Shown here: positions 20,019-29,614 of the stretch, one piece after another
Layout: the number at the start of each line of letters is the position of its first letter
Numbering within the stretch: the first letter of the stretch is position 1
Source: Patescibacteria group bacterium
Lineage (GTDB): Bacteria; Patescibacteriota; WWE3; UBA101185; UBA10185
DNA: 64,000 nt
Assembly: GCA_018825365.1 (NCBI GenBank)
Contig: JAHJEV010000003.1
Location: 108,670-172,669 of the forward strand
Reading direction: 5' to 3'
Position numbers and translations under genes: made by a program
The notes under the pieces: model-generated
Told to the model about the DNA's origin: nothing
The model's input: only the letters and a program-made list of their open reading frames with translations
Database searches by the model: none

Positions 20019-20203
20019 ATACTTATACAACTTTTATATCATATTTCCTAAACTTGTACAACTTGTGTGTAAACTTATACATTCGGTAACACCCATCAAG
20101 CCACAACAACAAAAATCGAGGTTCAGATTTAAAAATATCAAAGGAAGCCTTAACAAGCGGCTACAGGGGGTTTGAGGCTTTGTAGCCGCATAAATGTCCT
20201 GTC

Positions 20204-20234
20204 TGACTGACTGCATGGGAATTTGTGGGAACTT
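20204..20234 (+). repeat. att-like repeat R4
   Basis: TGACTGACTGCATGGGAATTTGTGGGAACTT. Confidence 0.55.
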
Positions 20235-20258
20235 CTTACAACACTGATTTAAAAATAC

Positions 20259-20708
20259 TTAGGAAAGCTTATTAACTAGAACGACTAGTGCGGTTCTGGA
20301 TTCTATAACAAGATCATATTTTAAGGCTTCCTTTACTCTGAGCCATTTGAAGTCGCTATGCTCAGATGATATAGCTACTTCTCCACCAACACTTTTTGAT
20401 AAACCCACGAGAATAACGTATGGTAGACCTTTATATTTCCCAGAAGAAATAATTTCGCTACGCCAGTAAGCTATTTTATCTGTCGGAATTACAACTAAAC
20501 CTGTTTCCTCAAGCACCTCTCTTTCTAATGCGTTAGAAATATCTTGCCCTATATCTAGCTTTCCTCCAGGTAGCTCCCATTTGTTAGGCATGTATGAGTC
20601 GCTAGGAGAACGCTTTATTATCAAAATAAGACCATCTTCGTTTTGAACAATCGCTCGAATTACAAGTACTACTTTCGGTCGTTTTTGTCTATCGGATTTA
20701 ATGTTCAT
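20259..20708 (-). CDS. NUDIX hydrolase
   Basis: Nudix box GGKLDIGQDISNALEREVLEETGL; SEHSDFKW. Confidence 0.93.
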   Translation of the reverse strand: MNIKSDRQKRPKVVLVIRAIVQNEDGLILIIKRSPSDSYMPNKWELPGGKLDIGQDISNALEREVLEETGLVVIPTDKIAYWRSEIISSGKYKGLPYVILVGLSKSVGGEVAISSEHSDFKWLRVKEALKYDLVIESRTALVVLVNKLS

Positions 20709-20771
20709 AATTTATTATATTTTACCGCATTTCTGATTAGGGAAGTGTTACTACATTTTATGTGAAAACCA

Positions 20772-20802
20772 TGGCTGGCTAGGTGGGAAGTTGTTGGAAC
20801 TT
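20772..20802 (+). repeat. att-like repeat R3
   Basis: TGGCTGGCTAGGTGGGAAGTTGTTGGAACTT. Confidence 0.65.
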
Positions 20803-20823
20803 TTAAGTTAGATCCTTCAGGTG

Positions 20824-21639
20824 TTAATCGAATTTTATAAAGTAAGCAGTTTTTTCCTTATAGAAGCCAAATTTTTGGGTTGTTTCTGCTATGTATTTGT
20901 AAGTATCGGATGTAAATGGGCTGTCTTTTAATTTTTTAATAAATTCCTGGTTTTGTAAAAGCTGAATAAACCCATCAGTGTATACACAGACTAAGTCACC
21001 TTTTTTAAGTTCTACCTCTCCGGTTTGAAGATATTGTTCAAATCCCTCTCTACCGTCTATCACTCCATATCCATATTCTTTACCATCCACAATAACTTGA
21101 TGGTTTCTAATATCTTTTCTCCAGTGTTTCCTTGTTTCGATCTTTCCCCAATCAAAGTTTCCATCTAGATATTTAGCAGATTGTTCAACATAAGACTTAA
21201 GCATTGGGTGATCCACCAAGTCATTACCAAAGACGGATATAAAGCAATCATCCAAAACACCATATATTAACCTGTTTTCCTTAATCCATATTGTTGAGGT
21301 AGTAGCAGCTCCAATAGTAAAGCCATTATTTTCTTTATTCTTATAGAGAGGGCTTTTACAATTAAACTTTGCAACCTCTTTATTAGCTTCTAAATAGGCT
21401 TGTTTGATTGAGTCGGTCGAGAAATTCTTACTCTCGAGGTTATGTACAACTTGATTACATATAATTCTAGCTACCTCATATGAGTCAGAGGGTACGGGGT
21501 AAAGTGTTGGATCCGTTGGGTCGTGTGTTACCCCATCTGCAACTACAAAAATGTTCTCTTTATTTGAATGTAAATAGCAGTCTTCTTGAGGTGCATATGG
21601 GTGTTTTAAATTATTTTCATGGTACAGAATAAACTTCAT
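20824..21639 (-). CDS. PP2C/PPM-family phosphatase
   Basis: QED, VVADGV, YTDG. Confidence 0.8.
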   Translation of the reverse strand: MKFILYHENNLKHPYAPQEDCYLHSNKENIFVVADGVTHDPTDPTLYPVPSDSYEVARIICNQVVHNLESKNFSTDSIKQAYLEANKEVAKFNCKSPLYKNKENNGFTIGAATTSTIWIKENRLIYGVLDDCFISVFGNDLVDHPMLKSYVEQSAKYLDGNFDWGKIETRKHWRKDIRNHQVIVDGKEYGYGVIDGREGFEQYLQTGEVELKKGDLVCVYTDGFIQLLQNQEFIKKLKDSPFTSDTYKYIAETTQKFGFYKEKTAYFIKFD

Positions 21640-21712
21640 GTATTTATTTTATCACCAGAGGTTGTATTTTATCGTAGGGTGATGATTTATATTGCTATGA
21701 CAACAAAAACCT

Positions 21713-21743
21713 TGGCTGGCCGTAAGGGAACAAGCTCGAACTG
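21713..21743 (+). repeat. att-like repeat R2
   Basis: TGGCTGGCCGTAAGGGAACAAGCTCGAACTG. Confidence 0.75.
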
Positions 21744-21913
21744 TGGTTTTGGTCTAAATCCTGGCTTTTAATCCAGTGGTAGGGGCCTAATAATCCTGTT
21801 TGAAACCTTCACAAACTGACAATGTGCCTATAAACCGATTCTGATAGAAGACAGGATGCTACAAGTAAAGAACATTCGATGCTTACATACTTCCACTATG
21901 CTAAAATTTAGCT

Positions 21914-22969
21914 ATGGGCAGACTAGAAATAGGTAGCAGGTGGAAGTTTGAGATAGTCGCGTTTCTGATAACTGGTCTTTTATTGTATAAGGTTGATTTT
22001 AGTATAGACACTGATTCTTATTTCTATTTTAAAAAGCATGATATATATTACGACTATCAAGCAGCCAAACAATTGCAACACGGAGAAAACCCATACAATA
22101 GAATATTAGAAGGTAACATGATTGAAAATGATAAATACGCTACTCAGCTGCCTCTTTATTTTTATTTTCTTGCCCTAATAGGGAAAATTTCTCAAAATAA
22201 CTTTGACGTGTTTTTGGAAAACTTTAGACTCGTTTTATTTTGGTTCCATTTAGCGGGGGGCGTTTTTATGTATCTCCTTTTTCGCCGTATCAATAAACTT
22301 TTTGTAGGATATTGTGCTGCAGTTTTTTATATGTTTAATGTATGGAGTTTAAATAGTTTTATGTATCTTAAACAAGATATGATAGCCATAGCCTTACTTG
22401 TTTTATCTTTTTACTTCTTCAGAAATAAAACTTATCGCTGGATCTCATACGTATTATTTGGGCTATCGCTTGGAATAAAACATATAGGAATTTTTGCTTT
22501 TCCAATATATCTTACACCAATTCTTTTTAAAGAAGATTCTTTTAAGCGCTTTGGTCTCAATATGTTACTGTTGTTCTCTACGATACTTATACCAGCAGCT
22601 CCTCTTTTAATTGATAATTCGTTAAGTTTTGTAAATTCCATGCTGTTTAGTCTTACGCGGAGTCCTCGCAGCTCTGAAATAATTTATGGGTACAACGAGT
22701 TGCTTGTAAAATACAACCCCTCTTTTAATAAAGGCACTTTATTTCAGCAGTTACTCCCAAGGCTGCCCCTTTTTATTGCCTCTATCCTGTGCTTACTAAT
22801 GCTCTTACTAAGAAAGATACCTTTATCTGTGTATCTTTTTATTTCAATACTGGTATTTGCTATATTTAACCCTGTAATTTTCCCTCAATATATAACATGG
22901 GTTACCCCAATGGCCCTTATTTCTCTAGTTGATTACACAGACCACGTTCAACTACAAAAACGTGTTTAA
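21914..22969 (+). CDS. GT-C membrane glycosyltransferase (GT87/PIG-M-like)
   Basis: DIYYDY...GENPY, Y.PL, KQD, GIKH, PQYITW. Confidence 0.75.
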   Translation: MGRLEIGSRWKFEIVAFLITGLLLYKVDFSIDTDSYFYFKKHDIYYDYQAAKQLQHGENPYNRILEGNMIENDKYATQLPLYFYFLALIGKISQNNFDVFLENFRLVLFWFHLAGGVFMYLLFRRINKLFVGYCAAVFYMFNVWSLNSFMYLKQDMIAIALLVLSFYFFRNKTYRWISYVLFGLSLGIKHIGIFAFPIYLTPILFKEDSFKRFGLNMLLLFSTILIPAAPLLIDNSLSFVNSMLFSLTRSPRSSEIIYGYNELLVKYNPSFNKGTLFQQLLPRLPLFIASILCLLMLLLRKIPLSVYLFISILVFAIFNPVIFPQYITWVTPMALISLVDYTDHVQLQKRV

Positions 22970-23162
22970 ACAAATGTCTCCCCCAGCCCAAGATCCTAAA
23001 AGCCTGAACTAAAAAGATTTTCAGATTTATACTACAACCCTTTTATAGTAGTAGAAATTTAAATAATCCTCGCCGCATAATTATTGTAATATTGTATTTC
23101 TTGACAAACCACTATAAAAGGGTGCTATTATTTTGTAGCACAGAAAAGATACTTTTACTTAA

Positions 23163-23849
23163 ATGTTTAAAAATACGGGAAATACAAGTAGTAAAAAGAC
23201 AAGGGAGATTAGCTTAAAAACTGTTTTTACGTATATTTTCGGTGCTTTATTCTTGATCTTCTTCCTCTTTTCTGGAGTCGTAACAATTAAAGCGGGACAG
23301 TTGGTTATTGGTGTTCTTTATTTTATTTTAGCTGTCCTAGTCCTTGTACCTCACCACCACTTGAGAGTTACCAAAACTTTAAAATTTGTAATTTTTGTCG
23401 TGCTTTTCTTCGTACTCGCCTACTTTAGCGGTCGTAGCACTCCCCCTGTTGCGCAAAAGTATGAATATTTTGCATTAGGGGAAATATTTAACATTGCATT
23501 TGGAAATAACACATTTTCAATGGTAGTTAGAGAAGCGAAACATGATGCTAAAATTAGTATCTCTGGAAAAGAAGTAACTACATCTGGTTACTTTATTATT
23601 GTTACAGGAGATATCGTAAATCTTGGCTCGGAAGCTGTAGATTTTAAATTTAGCGTAACCCCTGAATTAAAGGATAAACAAGATAGACGTTATACCTTAT
23701 ATGGAACAGGTCTAGCTGTAGGAAAATTGCAACCCGGTGTGGCTAAAGAAGTTTCCTATGTTTTTGAAATTCCTAAAGATGCAACGGGATTAGAATTTAT
23801 TGTTAGTGATAAAACCGATGTTGCTAAATCGGTAGATTTAAAAAGATAA
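23163..23849 (+). CDS. Membrane protein with DUF4352-like Ig-fold domain
   Basis: Three TM helices then ELKDKQDRRY...LQPGVAKEVSYVFEIPKD. Confidence 0.7.
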   Translation: MFKNTGNTSSKKTREISLKTVFTYIFGALFLIFFLFSGVVTIKAGQLVIGVLYFILAVLVLVPHHHLRVTKTLKFVIFVVLFFVLAYFSGRSTPPVAQKYEYFALGEIFNIAFGNNTFSMVVREAKHDAKISISGKEVTTSGYFIIVTGDIVNLGSEAVDFKFSVTPELKDKQDRRYTLYGTGLAVGKLQPGVAKEVSYVFEIPKDATGLEFIVSDKTDVAKSVDLKR

Positions 23850-23851
23850 TT

Positions 23852-23887
23852 ACGGTGAGGTTTTTTAAATTTTACCTCACCGTTTTT
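23852..23887. terminator. Terminator between convergent genes
   Basis: ACGGTGAGGT/ACCTCACCGT inverted repeat. Confidence 0.65.
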
Positions 23888-23904
23888 AAGTAAACAAGTA
23901 AAGA

Positions 23905-24555
23905 CTACGTTCCAAACTGTCTGTCACCCGCGTCTCCCAGCCCAGGCAAAATGTAGCCTTTTGGATATTTACTTTGTCCATCGCTTAGCTTTCTGTCAAC
24001 CGTGGCGACAACAATACGAACATCTGGATGAGTATCCGATAGAGCTTTTATTCCCTCGGGCGCTGCTATCACCCCCAGATATACTATCCTCTTAGCTCCC
24101 CTTTCTTTTAAACGAGAAATGGTGGCGATTGCCGAGCCTCCTGTTGCAAGCATAGGATCAGGTACTAACCAAACGAAATTTTCACACTCCATAGGAATTT
24201 TACTACGTCCCCATACAGGCTGAAGAGTTTCCTCATCTCTGTACATGTCAATATGGAAAATCTTGGCTTCGGGAAGGATTTCTTGTATGGGAGCTACCAT
24301 TCCCAGAGCTGCCCGGAGTATTGTTGCTACCGCAACTTCTTCTGTGAAAACATACCCTACTGTCTCTTCTAGAGGTGTAGACACTTGTGTAGATTTTACT
24401 TTTAGATCAGAAAGAGCGGCATACACCAAGGGGTACGTTAATCGCCCAAGAATTGTACGAAACTGCTCTGATTTAGTATGCACATCCCTCAGTTCCGTCA
24501 GCCAAACCTTAATCAGTGCGTTTGAGTCCAACACAATCAAGCTTGAACATTCCAT
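23905..24555 (-). CDS. upp: Uracil phosphoribosyltransferase
   Basis: ILRAALGM, RDEETLQP, DPMLATGGS, YILPGLGDAGDR; AAGGAG before ATG 24555. Confidence 0.96.
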   Translation of the reverse strand: MECSSLIVLDSNALIKVWLTELRDVHTKSEQFRTILGRLTYPLVYAALSDLKVKSTQVSTPLEETVGYVFTEEVAVATILRAALGMVAPIQEILPEAKIFHIDMYRDEETLQPVWGRSKIPMECENFVWLVPDPMLATGGSAIATISRLKERGAKRIVYLGVIAAPEGIKALSDTHPDVRIVVATVDRKLSDGQSKYPKGYILPGLGDAGDRQFGT

Positions 24556-24731
24556 GATACTATCTCCTTTTTTTAGCAAGATGCTTTTTTGAACAGACCA
24601 ACATTGATTCTAAGTATTTATTAGAAAGTGTCAATGATATTTAATATTATTAAAAATTAATGGAAGTATACTTCAGTCTAGTTCACTATTGGATTAGTTG
24701 ATTTTATGCTGTTGTGACAATGTAAATCCTA

Positions 24732-24762
24732 TGGCTGGCTATTAGGGAACAAGTTCGAACTG
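24732..24762 (+). repeat. att-like repeat R1
   Basis: TGGCTGGCTATTAGGGAACAAGTTCGAACTG. Confidence 0.75.
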
Positions 24763-24878
24763 TTTGTAGCTGTTAAAGGAAAATTCGACGATTTCAGGTT
24801 CATGACGTAACATTGCACTCTAGAAGGTTTTGGTACTTATAACTAGCTGCAAAATAATCCTGGAGAGAATAATATTAT

Positions 24879-25592
24879 TTATGGTGTGATTAGTGTACCT
24901 ACTTTTTCTCCTTTAATCACACGACTAACATTATTAAAATCCCGTACGTCAAAAACAACAACCGGAATATGCTGGGATTGACAAAGAGCAAAGGCCGTAT
25001 TGTCCATCACCATCAAACCTCTAACCAATGCTTCCTGAAACGTAAGTTGCGGAAACTTTTTAGCATTTGTGTTTGTCTTCGGATCACTATCATAAACCCC
25101 ATCCACATTAGTTCCTTTCAAGAGAATATCAGCATTTATTTCTGCTGCTTTTAGTGCGGCTGCAGAGTCGGTGGTGAAAAAAGGGCTGCCGGTACCACCC
25201 GCCAGTATTAAAACGTAGCCTTTTTCTAAATGATGCACAGCTCGCAAACGAATAAAAGGTTCGCAAGCCTGATCCAGCCTTAAAGATGACATCACCCGTG
25301 AGGTAACTCCTAGGACGTTTAATTCCTGTTGTAATGCCAAGGCGTTCATAATCGTCCCCAGCATACCAATGTAATCCAACTGCGCCGGATCAGCTGTTCC
25401 CTTCTGATGATCCCGTCCCCTAAAGAGATTACCACCACCGTTGACTATCGCCAGCTGAATACCAGCTTCATCGATAAGCTTCTTTACGCCAAGTGCAATT
25501 AATCCTATTGCTTTGAAATCCAAACCCACCTTTTTTTCTCCTCCAAACACCTCTCCGCTTAGTTTTAACAGGACACGCTTGTATTCTGACAT
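24879..25592 (-). CDS. pyrH: UMP kinase
   Basis: RVLLKLSGE, GGGNLFRG, PFFTTDSAA, DGVYDSDP. Confidence 0.96.
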   Translation of the reverse strand: MSEYKRVLLKLSGEVFGGEKKVGLDFKAIGLIALGVKKLIDEAGIQLAIVNGGGNLFRGRDHQKGTADPAQLDYIGMLGTIMNALALQQELNVLGVTSRVMSSLRLDQACEPFIRLRAVHHLEKGYVLILAGGTGSPFFTTDSAAALKAAEINADILLKGTNVDGVYDSDPKTNTNAKKFPQLTFQEALVRGLMVMDNTAFALCQSQHIPVVVFDVRDFNNVSRVIKGEKVGTLITP

Positions 25593-25670
25593 TGTTTAGA
25601 ATTATAAACCTTTTAACAGGTAAGGTGGTAAGTGCTTATCGGGGATGGTACAATGCAAATAATTAAGTTT

Positions 25671-25741
25671 GGTAGAGGTAGTTTGACCAAAACACTCCTT
25701 TGTGTAGGAGAGACGTAGGTAAAATCCTGCCCCCTACCCCA
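25671..25741 (+). ncRNA. Compact tRNA-His-like RNA (G-1:C73, GUG, CCA; shortened loops)
   Basis: G-GTAGAGG TA GTTT-GACCA-AAAC A CTCCT-TTGTGT-AGGAG AGAC GTAGG-TAAAAT-CCTGC CCCCTAC C CCA; TGnTACAAT at 25646-25654. Confidence 0.75.
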
Positions 25742-27062
25742 GTTTAGTCTTAAGAAAGGTGACGAGATCTTTTTGTTTAATGTTACTTTGCTCTCCCGTC
25801 TTCATGTTTTTTAAAGTTATTGAGGATTCTTTTAATTCTTTTTCACCTATAATGCCCGCGTATTCGACGCCCAGTTTGTTGGAGTACTCGAGTTTTTTAG
25901 TAAGGGATGCCTGATGAGCATAAACTTCAGTGGGTATTGACCTTAACCTTAATTGAGTAGCTATACCAAATGTCTCCGACAACGATTCTGTTAAAGGTAG
26001 TAGTAAAACCTTTGTTGGCGTTAGAGAATGTTTGTCTATTAAATTAAGTTCGTTAAGTTGATAGAAAAGTCTCGTTAAGCCTAAGGAAATCCCAACTCCG
26101 GGTAACTTTTCTTCTGTATAGTATTCGGCTAAATTATCATATCTACCCCCAGAGCAAACAGCTCCTAATTCTGGGTAATCAACTAAAACTGTTTCGTATA
26201 CTGTACCGGTGTAGTAATCTAAACCCCTTGCTACCGATAAATCTATTTTCCAGTTGGTTTCAGGAATATCCAGATACTTAATATATTGCACAACTTCCTC
26301 AAGCTCATTTACTCCGTCTTTGAACATGTTGTTTTCGATTTTAAGTTCTCGTAAACGTTTTATTGTACTCGATGCATCCTCATGTATCGTTAGAAGATTC
26401 GTCAAAACCTCAACCTGATCACTATTTATGTTAAGATTCTTTAATTCCTTTATAAAAACTTCTTTACCAACCTTTTCTAGTTTGTCTATTAACCGCATAA
26501 CATCTGCAACCTGCTCCTTAATGCCTAAATCTTCGATAAAACCGGATAATATTTTTCTGTTGTTTAATTTGATGCAGAACTTTCCTATGCCTAATCTGTT
26601 AAATGTAAAGTACGTTACTGCTAGTATTTCAGCATCATTTACAAAATCTAAATTACCTTTACCTATGATATCTACATCACATTGATAAAACTCTCTAAAC
26701 CTACCTTTTTGTGGTTTTTCACCTCGATAAACTTTACCAATTTGGTATCGTCTAAAAGGAAAAATCAGATCTCGAAAGTGCTGGCTTACATATCTAGCTA
26801 GAGGGACTGTTAGGTCAAATCTAAGAGCCTGGTCGGTATCACCCTTTTTAAATCGGTAGGTTTGCTTAGTCGCTTCAGATCCTGCCTTGGCTAAAAGTAC
26901 CTCTGCTCTTTCAATAATGGGGGTATCTAACGGTACAAAACCAAAAAGCTCGTAGCTTTCCTGGATTGTCCTGAGCATGGAATTGAAAACTAGCTGTTCG
27001 TTAGGCATGAGTTCCATGAAACCCGGTAGTATCGATGGTTTTATTAGGTTCTTGTTGTTCAT
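25734..27062 (-). CDS. hisS: Histidine--tRNA ligase
   Basis: LRFDLTVPLARY, YRGEKPQKGRFREFYQCD, ARGLDYYTG, SGGRYD. Confidence 0.97.
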   Translation of the reverse strand: MNNKNLIKPSILPGFMELMPNEQLVFNSMLRTIQESYELFGFVPLDTPIIERAEVLLAKAGSEATKQTYRFKKGDTDQALRFDLTVPLARYVSQHFRDLIFPFRRYQIGKVYRGEKPQKGRFREFYQCDVDIIGKGNLDFVNDAEILAVTYFTFNRLGIGKFCIKLNNRKILSGFIEDLGIKEQVADVMRLIDKLEKVGKEVFIKELKNLNINSDQVEVLTNLLTIHEDASSTIKRLRELKIENNMFKDGVNELEEVVQYIKYLDIPETNWKIDLSVARGLDYYTGTVYETVLVDYPELGAVCSGGRYDNLAEYYTEEKLPGVGISLGLTRLFYQLNELNLIDKHSLTPTKVLLLPLTESLSETFGIATQLRLRSIPTEVYAHQASLTKKLEYSNKLGVEYAGIIGEKELKESSITLKNMKTGEQSNIKQKDLVTFLKTKLG

Positions 27063-27092
27063 ATCTCTTAAAGTGCTATAATCTGTGCACTT

Positions 27093-27218
27093 ATGATAAG
27101 AACGATAGCACATCACCATATTCATGTAAATATTTGCTCCATCTGCAAAACCTCTTTTGGAGGTTTTTTTGTTTTTACAGATATCTATTTAAGGAGACCT
27201 TATGAAAATAGATCATAA
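27093..27218 (+). promoter_or_regulatory. His-rich leader peptide reading through a terminator (attenuator) upstream of hutH
   Basis: TGCTATAAT 27074-27082; ORF MIRTIAHHHIHVNICS...; AAAACCTC/GAGGTTTT hairpin and T run 27147-27176. Confidence 0.75.
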
Positions 27219-28695
27219 ACCCATTGATGTAGATGATTTAGTAGGAGTTACAAGAAGTTTTGAAAAGGTATCAATTTCTCCTAGTTTAAAGTTGCCAATA
27301 GCTAAGGCAAGAAAAATTGTTGATGAAGCTGTTACTGCGAAAAAAATCGTCTATGGTATTACTACAGGTTTCGGTGCATTTAAAAATAAGTCTATTGATC
27401 AAAAGGAAACTAAGCAATTACAGGAAAACCTTATCTTATCTCATGCTGTTGGAGTAGGAAATTTTTTTCCTACAGAAACAGTAAGAGGGATAATGCTTCT
27501 AATCGCAAATTACCTTTCGAAAGGTTATTCGGGAGCAAAATGGGAAACAGTTCAAACAATTATTGAAATGCTAAACAAAAGTGTTCATCCCCTTATTCCG
27601 GAAAAAGGGTCTGTAGGTTCTAGTGGAGACCTCGCTCCCTCGGCACATATGGTGCTTGTTCTTATAGGTAAGGGCGAGGCTGAGTATAAAGGAAAAATTA
27701 TGACTGGCGCCGAAGCTATGCGTAAAGCTGGAATTAAACCAGTACAATTAAGTTCCAAGGAGGGTTTAGCATTAATTAATAACACCACAGCAATGAGCAG
27801 TGTTGCATCTCACGTTGTTCATGACTTTCGATGGTTAATCGAGTTGGCCGATACTTGCGCTGCCCTTTCATTACAAGCGCTTAGAGGTACAGATAAGGCT
27901 TACGACGCAAGAATCCATGCTATAAAACCTCATGATGGTCAAATACAAACAGCAGCTAACTTGAGAGCTTTACTACGAGGCAGCACTTTTGTGGACAGGA
28001 CCCGTGTTCAGGAAGCATATTCATTCAGGTGTTTACCACAAATTCATGGTGCAATACGTGAAGCTTATTACTATGTAAATAAAGTTGTTGGTACTGAGAT
28101 AAATAGTGTTACAGACAACCCATTGATATTTTCAGGTGACGAACCAGATGTGATTTCAGGTGGGAATTTCCACGGAGAACCTGTTGCTATAGCAATGGAC
28201 ACTATGGGAATTGCCTTATCAGAAATTGCAAACACGTCCGATAGAAGAATTGCAACATTGTATGATCCTTCAACAAATAATGGACTACCGGCATTTCTTG
28301 TTGTTAACGGAGGTCTAAATTCAGGATTTATGATCATGCAGTACACTACTGCGTCTTTAGTCTCGGAAAATAAAATATTAGCTCATCCGGCATCGGTGGA
28401 TTCTGTTCCTACTTCCGCCAACATAGAAGATTTAGTCTCAATGGGTACAATAGCTTCGAGAAAAGCAAGAGAAATTTTTGACAATACAGCTAATGTGTTG
28501 ACCATAGAGCTAATTTCCGCTTGCCAGGCTATTGATATAAGAAACCGAGATTTGTTCCCAAAGCTTAAACTTAGTAAACGAACTGAAAAGGTATATAAAA
28601 AAGTAAGAGAAATCGTACCGTTTATCGATAAAGATACCGTTTATTATCCATACATGCGTGCGGTAAGATCCTCACTACAAGACTTACTAAAGTAA
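27202..28695 (+). CDS. hutH: Histidine ammonia-lyase
   Basis: VYGITTGFG, LILSH, GSVGSSGDLAP (MIO-forming triad), YSFRC, NSVTDNP, GGNFHG. Confidence 0.93.
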   Translation: MKIDHKPIDVDDLVGVTRSFEKVSISPSLKLPIAKARKIVDEAVTAKKIVYGITTGFGAFKNKSIDQKETKQLQENLILSHAVGVGNFFPTETVRGIMLLIANYLSKGYSGAKWETVQTIIEMLNKSVHPLIPEKGSVGSSGDLAPSAHMVLVLIGKGEAEYKGKIMTGAEAMRKAGIKPVQLSSKEGLALINNTTAMSSVASHVVHDFRWLIELADTCAALSLQALRGTDKAYDARIHAIKPHDGQIQTAANLRALLRGSTFVDRTRVQEAYSFRCLPQIHGAIREAYYYVNKVVGTEINSVTDNPLIFSGDEPDVISGGNFHGEPVAIAMDTMGIALSEIANTSDRRIATLYDPSTNNGLPAFLVVNGGLNSGFMIMQYTTASLVSENKILAHPASVDSVPTSANIEDLVSMGTIASRKAREIFDNTANVLTIELISACQAIDIRNRDLFPKLKLSKRTEKVYKKVREIVPFIDKDTVYYPYMRAVRSSLQDLLK

Positions 28696-28833
28696 TTGAC
28701 TAATTTGACTGTGTATCTTTTTGTAGTAATATACTGCTAATACGGAGTAGGAAAGGAGGCATGGAGGTTTTTTTTGCCCTGTTGTTACGTTAGATACTGT
28801 TTAAATCACAATACAAATGTAAAGGAGGACGAA

Positions 28834-29517
28834 ATGAACGAGGGTACTTTAATGAGTCGGTTCGACGCAAAAGTTCTGCGATCAAAGCCCCAAGTATTGC
28901 ATCAACTTGCGGAGCTCTACTGTGACATTTTTTCGATGGATCCAAACTTCGGTGAATATCGTCAATGTCCAGTTTGCAAGGGGTACTTTAACCACCAGCA
29001 GGTTGAAGTCGAGGGTGTTCGTTTCTGCGAGAATAACCACCCTAAAACGGAAATCGTTCCTGCATGGGAAGTCGAGAAAGTGAAAGTTGAGATCTTGGAT
29101 CAATCCAGTGAGCAAGGTTTCTTTGGAGTCTTGGCGTTCCTTAACCAGAAGGTTGTTGGCTTTGCTTGGGCGCGTGTGATTTTGTTCCCTGAGGTTCGGA
29201 AACACTGGGGTGACAAGATCATCGACAAGGTACAACCGTACGCCAAAACACTAAACCTGGTTTACTTTGACGAGCTTGCTGTTGATCTCAAGAAGCGCAA
29301 CAAGGGTTTGGGTAAGGAGATGGTTGTGTTCGTTTGCCGATGGGCAAAACAAGAACACCCCGATGACATGACTTTGCTTAGAACCCACAAGGACTCCCCC
29401 GCCAAACACATCTACGAGTCGATTGGGTACATTATCTTCGCAGATGACACGGAGTATGGGGGCGGACGCGTGATGATGAAAGCTGACCGCTGCCGCGATC
29501 TGAATGTAACAGTATAG
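28834..29517 (+). CDS. GNAT acetyltransferase with a Cys-rich insertion
   Basis: YFDELAV...RNKGLGK, A.HIYESIGY; CPVC...CENNH; AAGGAGG RBS. Confidence 0.85.
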   Translation: MNEGTLMSRFDAKVLRSKPQVLHQLAELYCDIFSMDPNFGEYRQCPVCKGYFNHQQVEVEGVRFCENNHPKTEIVPAWEVEKVKVEILDQSSEQGFFGVLAFLNQKVVGFAWARVILFPEVRKHWGDKIIDKVQPYAKTLNLVYFDELAVDLKKRNKGLGKEMVVFVCRWAKQEHPDDMTLLRTHKDSPAKHIYESIGYIIFADDTEYGGGRVMMKADRCRDLNVTV

Positions 29518-29614
29518 AGTTATTCGCTCTTGGGCAGCTTACCTATGAAAACGCCCCATGGAAAGTGTCAACGTTGAGAAAAGTACAATCTGGGCGCTAA
29601 TTAAGGATAAAAAC

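Noticed and set aside
22973-23010. Possible fifth att-like repeat (TGGGCTGGGGGAGAC on the minus strand)
   Set aside because: Opposite orientation and lacks the GGGAA...GAACT half; left unresolved.
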